Source: Octopus sinensis (lineage: Eukaryota). Taken from it: a stretch of 64,000 nt of DNA. Below the pieces are notes generated by a model that saw only the letters and a program-made list of their open reading frames with translations, was not told where the DNA came from and searched no databases. The position numbers and the translations under genes were made by a program. Positions 52,685 to 64,000 of the stretch are shown here, in pieces. The stretch lies in contig NC_043002.1 of the NCBI RefSeq assembly GCF_006345805.1, positions 48,794,001 through 48,858,000 of the forward strand, written 5' to 3'. Position 1 is the first letter of the stretch. Every line of letters starts with the position of its first letter.

Positions 52685-53245
52685 AATCCATACAGTACAA
52701 TACAACAGTATAGTACAATATAGTACAGTAGAGTACAATACCACACTACAGTACAGTACACATGGTACCATACAGCATGTCACAGCACAATACAACACAA
52801 TACAGTACAATACAATATTGTATAATACCACACTGCAGTACAATACAATGTACCATAGTACAGTACAATATAATACAATATAATAAAATTCATCATAATA
52901 CCATACAATATACTGCAGTACAATACAACACAGTGTAATACAATATCACACTGCAGTACAGTACAGCATACCACAGTACAATACAATGTAACATAGTAAG
53001 TACAATACACCATAATACCGTACAGCATATAACAATACAATACTATACAACACAGTATAGTATACTACCATACCACCCATACCACAGTATAATACAACAT
53101 TCCATAGTACAATACAGCATGCCACAATATAACACAGTATAGTACAATACACCACTGTAAAATACCATACAATATAGCACAGTAAAATACATCACAATAC
53201 AACACGATACAACTTCCCACAGCACAACACAACACATCACAACAC
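52685..53245. repeat. degenerate pentanucleotide array (ATACA/GTACA/ATACC)n
   Basis: A 5-nt periodicity runs over about 550 bp. Confidence 0.9.
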
Positions 53246-54907
53246 AACTCAAATCAATATGAGATGTCAATATGGTCTGTAGTTGGCTAGAAATAACAGC
53301 CAGATTTCCTTCAAATCATACTCCACAATCTTATAAAGCAAGCAATCTGTTTGATTTGGGCTGACTTGGGGCTAAACAACAACAATAGAAACAATAAGGA
53401 TTAGCACAAGCCAACAAGCCAGCCCAAAACAACACAGCCCAACCATACTACACAATGAAATGTTTCTGTTTTAACTGAACAAGAAAGTGATTAATGTTAT
53501 TGTTGATCATGGTTGTCTTGATGGATTGAATTTCTGCTCTTGTCTCATTCACTATGTGAGCTATGCCCAAGCAAAAATGATTACCAAACCATGCAAATTT
53601 TATAGTTCTTGTTTATTTTGTCTTATGTGATATATTTTTCCCCCTTCTACACTGACCTCCCCACCCACCTCTAACAAAGAAATTTCTCCCAAAATATAGG
53701 TTTGGAGAACAGTGTCAGCTGCTGATAATGTTGGGTCATGTTTAAAGTAACTGCTTCCTGATCAATATGTGTGTGTGTTCAAAGACAGAAGATTCTGTAG
53801 ATATCTTTGGTTTTGTTTTAAATTTATTTTAAGCCTTGTCATTCTGATTCCCACATTTTCCCCTTTCATTTTAACTTTTTCCTTGTTGTTTGTTTGTTTT
53901 TTTGTTTGTTTACAAAAAGTTTTCTTACTTAAATGCTTAGAAAACAAATCTTGTTTGTTTTTTTTCAAAATTTTCACTTCAATGCTTTAAATTTAGAAAG
54001 AAAGCATGTGACATTAACAGATCAGTTAAGATTGGCTAGGAATATCTCACATTCACACCTTTACAAAAATGAAAAAAATATTTTCTTTGTTCACTCATAC
54101 ATTTTTTTAATGATATTAATTATTATATTTATTTTTCTGCAAAATTTAAATGAACACATTCAAATTTCATTCATTAAAAAAAAATGAATGGAAAAAAATT
54201 GTGTTTCTATCCAAAAGGCATTATCTGCCCCATTTAAACACATGATGAATATAAAGTGGGTACATAGTGGCCATGCATGCATGCAAGCACACACACACAC
54301 ACACACACATAAAGAAGTACTATGGGGAAGTTAAAAAAATCAAATACAAAGTTGATTACAGATATTCCTCTATTTTTCTCATGTTTGAACATGAAATAAA
54401 AAAAAACAAATATTTAATTTTTTTTTTTGTTTTGCGTATAATATAATATAATAATTAATTTAGTATTTAAGAGAAAGCCATGCATAAAGTTGACACAAAT
54501 GACTACTGCTGAATTTATCAACTTTGGAAGATGAATGGTAAATTAGAACCCAGCAGAATTTGAACACACAACCAATAGGAATGAACCATCATCATCATTA
54601 TTGTTGTTGCTGTCATTGTTTTCATCAATATTTTAATGCCTCCTTTTCCATGCTTGCATGGGTCAGATTTTCTATAGCTGGATGCCCTTCCAGCTGCCAA
54701 CCCTCACCTGTTTCTAAGCAAGGTAATATTTCTCTGAGATCCAATTGCATATACAAATGACATAAATTTTGATTAATTGCACAAGATGCTTTCTAAATTT
54801 ATGAGTTATAAAATTGGCAAAATGTAGCGTAAAGTCGAAACATTTGTGTTGATATGAATGGATAAATAAATTCTGGAAGCTTCCAGTTTCCTAGATAAGA
54901 TAGATTG

Positions 54908-55113
54908 TGAGGTGTGATCAAAAAGTATCCAATGCGTATGCACTACATGCCTGTACTCTAGGTGCAACAGCCAAGAACTAACATGACCTACTGGTGTGAA
55001 AAATTTCCTACATGCATAGAAAAGGTGAAATCACTTCCTATCCAAAGGATTTTGCCCAAGTGGCATTATTTTTGGCAGGAAGAAATAAAGATGAGTACTT
55101 TTTGAATACACAT
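54908..55113 (+). mobile_element. MITE of the same mariner family as 2459-3218
   Basis: Starts GAGGTGTGATCAAAAAGTATC and ends GAGTACTTTTTGAATACAC. The interior is homologous to 3040-3218. Confidence 0.6.
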
Positions 55114-55501
55114 TGTGTGTCAAAAGAATAAAATGTATTGTGTTATTTTCCCCATTTCAATAAATTTAAGTTCTAATTCTGGTATATCTATATTTCATTT
55201 TTAATTGCATATGTATAGGTGCAAAAATGGGCATGTGAGTAAGAAGCTTGTTTTGCAACCATGTGGCATCGGGTTTGGTCCCCCTGCATGGCATCTTGGA
55301 TAATTGTCTTTTCTACTATATTCCTGGACTGACAAATGCCTTGCATGTACCTCCTTATATATTAAAAATGAAAACTGTGAAGAGCATTTGTGTATTATAG
55401 TCCAAGTAACCATTCACTAGTCTTCATAGTCAGAAAGCTCCTTGAGTACTTAGAGAAAAAAATAAAACAGCTGGTCCATAAATTATAACTTTATGTTTTC
55501 T

Positions 55502-55544
<43 letters not shown>

Positions 55545-55547
<3 letters not shown>

Positions 55548-55715
55548 CTCAGTACACTCTGTGGAATGGTTGGCATTAGGAAGAGCATCCAGCTGCAGAA
55601 ACCAAACCAAAACAGACTCGAGCCAAGTGCAGCTCTCCAGCTAAATAGTTCTGGTCAAACCATCTAACCCATGTTAGTATCAAAAACAAATGTGAAACGA
55701 TGATGATGATGATAT
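55545..55715 (+). mobile_element. SINE-like family C
   Basis: GGTTGGCATTAGGAAGAGCATCCAGCTGCAGAAACC...CTAACCCATGTTAGTAT...GATGATGATGAT. Confidence 0.65.
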
Positions 55716-55748
55716 GTAAGTATGTATGTATATGTATGTATATATATA

Positions 55749-55796
<48 letters not shown>

Positions 55797-56499
55797 GTAT
55801 AATGTACATTTTTGTGTATGGATGTGTGTGTGTGCATGTGTATGTACATGAGTATATTTATATATATATAAATGTATAGATATGTTTGTGTTTGTCTCCC
55901 ATCATTGCTTGACAGCTGGTGTTGGTGTGTTTATGTCCTCATAACTTAGCAGTTTGGCAAAAGATACTGATAGAATAAGTACTTTACTAAAAAATAAGTC
56001 CCATGATGGTTTTGCTCAACTAAAACCCTTCAAGATAGTGGCCCAGCATGCTTGCATGGGTTGGATGGAGTTTATTGAGGCAGATTTTCTATGGCTGGAT
56101 GCCTGCCTATTCTGTCACCAACCAGAACCAAGAGTGTGGGTAGGTGGAGGTTGAAAGAGTATTTAGAGGAGTGAGAAGTAGGGAATGGGTAAGGCGAGGA
56201 TGTAGGTGACACCTGTACATATTGAGTAGGGTTATAGAATAGGTGTGATGTAGTTAATGGAGGATAAGGGATGGGGGTGATCAATGATGCACAAGTTGGG
56301 GAAGTAGGGGGTATAGGAGATGACAGACTGTAGAAATAGGGAAGAGGAGATTAGAAGTATAGTAAGGTTCACACAGAGGACAGGATTAAGACAAGAAAGA
56401 GAAAAAGAGTAAGAAAGAGGGAGAGGTTGGGTAGGTTTTAGGGGTGTATGGGATGGAGGAGAGGTAGATGTAGTGCATGAAGAGGGGAGGAGAGATAGA

Positions 56500-56950
56500 C
56501 ACCTATTCCTTTTCTGTATATCAAGCAAGGCTATTTCCCTGAAGATACTAGGGTCCTGCCTTCTTTCCTCCATACTAACACCTTCACCTTTGCTTAAGTT
56601 TACATAAGGTCTCACAATTCTTGGTTTAGTTTTTAACCTTGGAATTTCTTCTCTAATTCCCCAACAGACTCAACTATGAGAACTAGATCATGAGTATATA
56701 GGAGTTCCCATGGACAGCCACTCTTAAACCCCATGGTGGTCATCCATAGGACTATGATGAATAGGAGAAGTCTAAGGACTGAGAATTTGATGAATTCCTA
56801 CCCTCAAGCTAAATTTGTCACTAAACTATTGTTGATTCTCAGTTTACTTACTGCATCTTTGTACACACCTCTCAAGCCATTTAAGTACACTTAGTTTCCT
56901 CAGTGACCACCAAATTACTGAACATGGCACCCTGTGAAATGCCTTTTTCA
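56500..56950 (-). mobile_element. old RTE LINE RT-domain fragment
   Basis: Degraded minus-strand translation gives AFHRVPCSVIWWSLRKL...VGIHQ..LLFIIVL...SGCPWELLYTHDLVLIVES..ELEKKFQ...VNLSK, then SGK*PC.I.RKGIG. LYTHDL corresponds to YADD. Confidence 0.75.
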
Positions 56951-57116
56951 AATCAACGAAAGCTAGGATTTGGGCCTACTCTGTCTTGAATTAATTGTGA
57001 TTTGACTCATTTCATGACCTTCAGAACCAGAGTCAGCAGTTGACTCCTCTATTGTTTCTTGTTTCTAAGGCATTTCCTCTGTCTTTGTAGCAGTTAACAA
57101 TGATACTTCTACCCCA

Positions 57117-57151
<35 letters not shown>

Positions 57152-57993
57152 CATACATACATATATGTGTGTGCATATGTATGTATACGTGTGTGTGTGT
57201 GTGTGTGTGTGTGTATCATTTTTTGATAAAGGAGAATATACTCACTTCATATAGATTATGGAATTATTTTGGCCACAATAACTAACTATACTTTTCTATC
57301 TATACTTTTTCCTTCTCTCACATGCTAATAAACATTTATTAACAAATGCTATTAAGCACTGATTTAGATTTTGCATTAAAAAATACATAAAACAAATTTA
57401 AGCCAAATAAAAAAAAGTCTCTGTTGACAATAAATCATGATGTATTTTTATGAATCAAACAAAATTATTGATTTGACATTTATGAAAGAAAAATTATCTT
57501 TTTATTAAATGTTCAGCTCCTTTGGCTGCAAAAGTAGTAATTTGTTTTTATTGTCCTAAAATATTATCATATTTATTATATACATAATTAATTTTCAGTT
57601 ATTTGAACATGATAAAGTTACTGCTGGTTTATCTGAAAATGATAAAGTTAGTTAATAATCTTATCCAAAAACCATAATTCCACTCTGTTTGGAATGGAGA
57701 TAATCAATAATGGACAAAATCTCAAAGAACACCCAATGTTGCTTCATAAATAATGTCTGTAAGAACTAAATGTGATAAAAAAAAAATAATACTAAAAGAC
57801 AACAAAACAAAAGGGCATCCTACAAATAAAAAATGGAAAAAACAAGCAAGGAAAAACACAAAACGGATGGAAGGAGGAGAGCAAAATATTAAGAAGAGTG
57901 AAATAGAAAACAAGAATGACAAAGAGAAAAAAAACAATAAAATTACCAAAGAGCAAAGACAAGAATGGCTTTGGAAGTTGTGCTTGTAGTTAC

Positions 57994-58201
57994 AGTCGTG
58001 GAATACCTATGTAATCTCCATCCATCAAGGCTAATGCCAGGAGAGACCTCATACCAATTCCAGAGGCGGCTTAAGCAGAAGTAAATTTATTCATAGGCAA
58101 CGGATGGTGTAAATTATCACTTCAAATTGGGTATTTGTAACTAATTCATCATCAGCTGTAACCGACATGTATGTAAATGAGAAGCTTTGAAATGATTGAC
58201 T
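57994..58201 (-). other. candidate upstream or first exon of trh (speculative)
   Basis: Non-repetitive island. Inr-like TCAGTC at about 58201. An ATG at 58052 opens MRSLLALALMDGDYIGIPR, and a CT|GTAACT donor after 57994 would join the bHLH exon in phase 2. An alternative AG|GTATTC donor lies after 58007. I recognise no homology. Confidence 0.3.
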
Positions 58202-58459
58202 GAAACACTTGGTACAGGGACTGGCAGCGTCAGCCCTATATTTCATTACTGCATTAAGACAAAGCACTATAAAGGCTCAATAATTCTCCAATATAGCTTT
58301 CTTTATTTTTATTTGAGCTTAATGACGGTACTAAAAGAATACCTGAGAAAAATTTCATCATACTGTGTGTTCTGCTAACTAGAAAAATGCAAAATATGAT
58401 TATGTATATTCTGTTTGACTGATTCCATTGAGATATTTGGTGAATTAGATTTTATTTTT

Positions 58460-58680
58460 TATATTTTACTTGTTTTGCACACTGGGCTGCAGCCATGCTG
58501 GAGCACTGTCTTGAAGTATTTTAGTTGAATGAATCAACCCCAGCGCTTGTTTTGTCTTTAAACCTGGTCCTTTTTCTATTGATCTCTTCTGCTGAATCAC
58601 TAAGTTATGAGGAAGTAAATAAACAAACACTGGTTGTCATGTGGTGGTAGGTGACAAACACTCACACACACATACACACA
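58460..58680 (-). mobile_element. SINE family A, 3' half
   Basis: TTTTACTTG...GGCTGCAGCCATGCTGGAGCAC...GACAAACAC motif set. Confidence 0.7.
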
Positions 58681-58686
58681 CATATA

Positions 58687-58727
<41 letters not shown>

Positions 58728-58740
58728 ATAAATGTATATA

Positions 58741-59660
58741 CTGTAACCACTCATCATATCGCGGTTCACCTAACATGCCCTCAGTACATTACGGATTTTT
58801 CTGGCTAATATATGTACATTAATATCGCAGAATCCTTAGTATACTGTGGGTTTCTGCAGCTAATAGGTATTTATATTTTTTTAGATTTTAATTATTTCTG
58901 GGGTAAAAAATAAGCATTTTCACACCTAAGAATTAATAAATTTATAAATAAAAGTACAGTAAAGTACTGCACTGTATAACACATTAATTAAAATATATTA
59001 AAAGAAAATGCATAGTATACCATAGATGAGTAAACAAAGAATTGCACATACTGTATGGAAAACGAAACTCAGTAGGTGAGTGTGTGGTGTTGTTTTGCAT
59101 TTGTGTCTAAAATAGTGAATTTATTTCAAGCCCTACAATGGTACTCAAACGTTCTGCCCCTTCCAAGGCAGTGAACCCAAGCAACAGAGGAAGATGCTTT
59201 CTATAACAGAAAGGGTGAGACTCCTTGACATGCTTCAGGGAGGGAGAAGGTATGTGACCTATTACTAGAATGCTTCTCAACTCTAGTAAAAATGGCAAAA
59301 GAACTTCAGAGAATGGCAGAAGATTGGGACACCCCAGATGATTCATGCATTACAGTTCAGAAATGCAATCAAAGTAGCCCTAAAAGTTTATGAAACCTCC
59401 TTATACAGAATTAAAGGAAGTGCCAGCAAGTGCCTATTACTGTGTTCCTCACCTTCAAAAAAAATGAGAAGACACGGGTACTCCTAAGAGTGTGGAGAAA
59501 GTTTATAAAAGCTTAAATATATAAGAATAATAAAATAAATATATACAAATTACAAAAATAATTAGAAAAATATACAATATAGTACTGTTTCTACTTCTTG
59601 GATTTTCACCTATCACAGGGGTTTTGGAATGTAACACCTGTGATAGTCGAGGGATTATTG
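58741..59660 (+). mobile_element. internally deleted pogo/Tigger-like DNA transposon
   Basis: TA flanks. Degenerate TIRs with consensus approximately CAGTAATCCCTCGACTATCGCGG. N-terminal remnant MVLKRSAPSKA...EKVRLLDML and C-terminal remnant ELQRMAEDWD.QMIHALQFRNAI. Confidence 0.65.
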
Positions 59661-59669
59661 TATGCATAT

Positions 59670-59790
59670 ATATATGATATATATATATATATGATATATA
59701 TATATATATATATATGATATATATATGATATATATATATATATATATGATATATATATGATATATATATATATTATATATGATATATATA

Positions 59791-59841
<51 letters not shown>

Positions 59842-59852
59842 GATATATATAT
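59670..59852. repeat. (TA)n tract with periodic TGA interruptions
   Basis: Read directly from the sequence. Confidence 0.9.
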
Positions 59853-60162
59853 AGATGTATGTATTTTCCCCTTGTTTACAATTAACACGGAAAAAATAGA
59901 TAAACAGTTACCAGAGTAGCAAAAATCACACAAGTAAAAAGGTTGTAACACCTTGTTTTTAAAGGTAGAAACTCTGGATTTATCTGAAATATTTTGTATA
60001 ATATATATAAATAAATAAATAAATGGAGTTAAATGCAGGTGTTATTCAAATTCTTTTACTTCTGACACATATTTCGAAGATATCATTGGTATTATTCCAA
60101 AGGAATAAAATGGTGTAAAACAATGTAATCTTCTCTTCAGGGAAATGAAGAAATGAAACTCA

Positions 60163-60516
60163 TCAATAAGACATTTTAACAGAATATGATGGATATGTAT
60201 AGTGATTAACTGAACGCTATTAATTTTCTTTTAAAAAAACATTGGAGGATATAAAATCAAAGATAACCTATAGAAAGAGGGGGGGGGGTAAAGCAAAGAA
60301 AAAATCAGAAACCAAATAAATGAGATGTTTTATTTAATTTACATATCGTTCTATACTTCTCATTTATTTGGTTTCTGATTTTTTCTTTTCTTTACCCCTC
60401 CTCTTTCTATAGGCTACCTTTGGCGTTATGTCCTCTAACATTTTTTTTAAAAAACTTAATAGCGTTCAGTTCATCACTATACATATCCATCATATTCTTT
60501 TAAAATGTCTTATTGA
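60163..60516. repeat. imperfect ~355 bp palindromic element
   Basis: TCAATAAGACATTTTAA.AGAATATGATGGATATGTATAGTGAT... is mirrored by ...ATCACTATACATATCCATCATATTCT.TTAAAATGTCTTATTGA. The arms are about 160 bp. Confidence 0.8.
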
Positions 60517-60849
60517 CAAGTTTTATTGTGACAAACCATGGAAAGTTGATGTACTGAATCATGCCACTTAAGTCTGAAATTTGGTTTCTGACTGTATCAA
60601 AAATGCTCATTACATCTTCCATTAAATCGAATTTTAAAATTTGGGTTTTATTCTTTCCTAAAAGAGGTAACTAGAAACTGCTGTTGTGTATCTTTCCTTT
60701 TATTCTGTACCAGTGCAAATAGCAAGTAATGTCCAAAACTAGATATGTTACTTAAACTATGGGAGTAATCATTATCTCCCTTACATTAACTGTCCTCCAC
60801 TGAACACCATATGTTATTATGCAATTAATTTCCTTGTATTGACCAAACA

Positions 60850-61040
60850 TAAGAGGCATCAGATGTGGTGTGCACTGGTATGGTCATGTGATGTGTATGG
60901 ACAAAGACAGCTGTGTAAAGAAGTGCTGATCTCTAACTGTAGTGGTGAAACTATGGTAGAGGTAGACCCAAGAAGACAGGGGATAAGGTGGTGAAGCATG
61001 ATCTTTGAACTTTGGGCCACACAGAGGATGTTGTTATATG
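60850..61040 (+). mobile_element. RTE LINE C-terminal fragment
   Basis: Reads IRGIRCGV...WYGHVMCMDKDSCVKKC...RGRPKKT.DKVVKHDL*TLG, with indels. Confidence 0.7.
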
Positions 61041-61700
61041 CTTCTAGTCACAATGCACTTCCTTGCATTGTTGTAGCTTTCAAATGATACCTATTTACAG
61101 GCTTGGTGGGCTAGCCAACATGCCCACTGAATAGGATGCTAATATGTCATAGCATTACTTATTTACAGCTGAACAGATTAGAGCAATGTGAAATGAAGTG
61201 TTTTGCTCAAGAACGAAGCACATTGCTGGCCTAGGAATGAAAACCACAAACTTGCAATCATGAGTGCAACACCCTGTCCACTAGGTCAGACACCTCATAC
61301 AGTTAATGTAGATTTACAATTTGAAAAAATAAGAAAATGAACTGTTTTCTTTATATCTATTACACTGGAAATCATCTACATGTAGTATTAGGAATGCTAA
61401 ACAATAATTTTGTTGCTTGAAAGACTTATTTATCGCTGTGTATAGCTTATTTTTATTCTTGCATTGTTAATGTTTTTTCATTGCAAAACAATTCATCAAG
61501 AAAAAAATTCAAATGTACTTCTAGAAATTTTGTGATGAAATATTCAAATATTATAACTTACAATTATCATTTCTTCTACTTGAAGATTTATACTAATATC
61601 TGTTGCAAAAGATAAAGCTCACTCTCAGAAATAGCTTCTTTTTTGTTACTTTCACACACACATGTACACACACACTACCTACCTACCTATCTCTCTATCT

Positions 61701-62835
61701 AGTCGTGGATTAAAAAGAGGCCGAGGAAGGGCGAATGGCACCGCGAGTGTCGCGTTGCTCTCAAGCAACTCTGCCGTCCTGGGTCGACCTTAAGTGACTT
61801 CAACACAACCAAAGCATTCTATAGGGGTTTAGTGGAGGGGAGGTACGACGACGAGCTCGGGGCGAACCTGGACGTCGACGAGGAGTACCTGACCCGCCTG
61901 TTCGGGACGACTTTCGGGCCAGGGCCTGGACAACTTCCAGAGATCCCTGGCCTGGCAGTGCTACCGAGAAGCGCTACCCGTTCGGGATAAGCTCTACAGA
62001 CACGGCTCGAGAAACACGGGGCCGACCTGCCCGAGATGCGGTCAGAGCGACGAAAACCGTTCTGCACGCACTCGTTCAGTGTCCAACAATTCCGACCTGT
62101 GGGCTTATGTCGAACAACTGCTGTCACGTGTGGGACGAGTCGGTTTATCAGCTGAGTCTATCGTCAATATTGTCACGCCTCCTTCCTTCAAACGGGAAGG
62201 AAGAGCTATTTCATCATCCTTGTGGCTATGGCGAAAGAATGTATCTGGTGGACGCGTCTGAAAGGATTGGAGACAAACACTTTCCTCTCTGGTCAATCTC
62301 TCATCAACTTCTTCAAGTACCACTTGAAAAGGAAAGTGAGAGTAGAGAGGCAAGTTTTGTCTAGCGAATGTTTTTAAAAAAGATGGGTGAATGTAGCAAG
62401 AATGGCACGTATGAATGACGAAGCCACCTTGAGCATAGTCCTATGAACCCAGAAATCGAAAACAGAGAGTTGCTTATTTGCAAAAAAAAAAAAAAAAAAA
62501 AAAAAAGAAATATAAAATGTGACTTCATTGACCGAGGTTACCGTGGTCTTTTCCGCAGGCTTTTCTTCCCACCTCACCTGTCCTCCCCTTTACACTTCAT
62601 ATTGACATTTCTGTGATAACGATCCTATTGATCATTTTTTTTTCCTCTCCCCCCCCCCTTTTTTTTTTTTTTTTTTAAACCCCCCCCTATTTTGTCCTTT
62701 CTCCCTTTTACGATCCCTTTTGATCGAACCTCCCCCTTCCTTTTTTTTTTTTTTTTTTTTAAATACCTTCAAAAGAAAAGCTCTACCTTGTAATTTGTTC
62801 TATCTGTATGCAGCCCTGTGTGGCTAATAAAGAAA
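61701..62835 (+). mobile_element. Tx1/L1-clade LINE, 5'-truncated (ORF2 C-terminus with zf-RVT CCHC knuckle, and 3' UTR)
   Basis: GC-rich. Frameshifted translation gives ...LDNFQRSLAWQCYREALPVRDKLYRHG...CPRCGQSDE/TVLHALVQCP../LWAYVEQ...KECIWWTR.... The homopolymer-rich 3' UTR ends ...GGCTAATAAAGAAA. Flanks are microsatellite. Confidence 0.85.
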
Positions 62836-64000
62836 CATATCTATTGATCTGTCTGTCTGTCTACACACACACACACACACATTCATATATGGTGATGTGT
62901 GAATGCAAAGAAATGTGTATTCCTTTTGCCAATCAGGTCTTTCTTGGAGTGGAAGGACAGAAGAGTTATACAAAATAGTTTTAAAGGTAATTTTGTGAAG
63001 TAATACTATTAAGTTAGATATCTTTCTTTGTCTTTTTTTTTCTTTTTCTTTTTAACATTTATTCTATTTACTTCCTTGTTCCAAAGCAGTTATTTTTAAT
63101 TTCATTTCCCCTGACATTTTAAACTCCATTCTTAAGCTCATAGCAGTACCTCACTTCTTTTGTAGGAAATACTGTTTCATGGTCGGTTGACTTCAGAACT
63201 TTTACTCTAAGCTAAATCACATTTCTGATATATTTAGAATAGATTTAACTTTTATGTTGAGAATATGTGTGGTCTACGAAAAGAGATATCCTTGATGTGT
63301 AGACAATAAAGTATTATCTTTTAATGTCTTTTCTGCTCTTGTATAGAAACTGACGGATGATAAGTAATGTTGTTTTACAGCTACTTAATATCATTAGAGA
63401 GTTGCAATTCACTGAGTTGATACAGTGTTGATCTATGATCCAAATGATTGAGTGTTTGTATTTTGTTAATACTACTCTAGTTTGTATCTGACAAAGATAT
63501 TTCCCTGTGATCAGCTGTAAATAGGTCCACAGAACAATGCAGTTCCATACTAGAGAATAAATGATATTTTCTAAGATCAAATCTCCCATAGGTTTATTCT
63601 GGAAAAGTATGAACGCCATCATATTGACTCTCTTGACATAGATACATTGCACCATCATCATTTAACGTTCACTTTTCTATACTTGCATGGGCCAGACAGA
63701 ATATATTGAGGCCAATATTCAACAGCTGGGTGCCCTTCCTGTCACCAACTCTCACTTGTTTTCAAGCAACATGTCACAGCTAGGCATGTTTCTCATGTAT
63801 ATAAATATAAATTGAGGAGATAATTATAAGCCAGGCTATCCCTTTATGAGCACTACTTAGGGTGGATGTAAGTAGTGGATGTGAAGCAGCTGTGACAGCA
63901 AGAGTGAGACTTGGGTGGGTGAAGTTCAGGGAATGTGGAGTGTTGTTATATGGGAAAAGGTTCTGCCTATGCCTACATAAAGATAAAATCATCAATAAGG

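Noticed and set aside
56232-56615. 127-aa ORF whose NLSKGE motif resembles a Penelope N-terminus
   Set aside because: The upstream sequence shows it is the VNLxK motif of a decayed RTE reverse transcriptase running into low-complexity DNA.

Overview
This is AT-rich, microsatellite- and SINE-dense eukaryotic genomic DNA. The repeat families point to an octopod cephalopod, which is an inference from remembered Octopus repeats and not a database match. The only host gene I can support is a trachealess/NPAS1-3 bHLH-PAS gene on the minus strand. It has three clean coding exons: bHLH 49262-49500, linker 48504-48583 and PAS-A start 4903-4992. The second and third are separated by a 43.5 kb intron, and the gene continues beyond coordinate 1. 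The rest is intronic or upstream DNA filled with mobile elements: several SINE families, RTE, CR1-like, Tx1/L1 and Penelope-like retroelements, Tc1/mariner, pogo-like and Helitron derivatives, and several long palindromic (foldback) elements. Nearly all ORFs in the supplied track are microsatellite artefacts. The most interesting signals are four. (1) A type I hammerhead ribozyme with an intact catalytic core lies at the 3' end of a Penelope-like element (39714-39788), and two decayed hammerhead-bearing mini-elements lie elsewhere; all three are antisense to the host gene. (2) A SINE has a 3' tail that matches the 3' end of the Tx1 LINE in the same window. (3) That Penelope-like element has an inverted 5' segment. 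(4) A local ~0.6 kb inverted duplication and several long palindromes would fold into dsRNA in the pre-mRNA. Repeat boundaries were read by eye and are approximate unless TSD or TIR coordinates are given.
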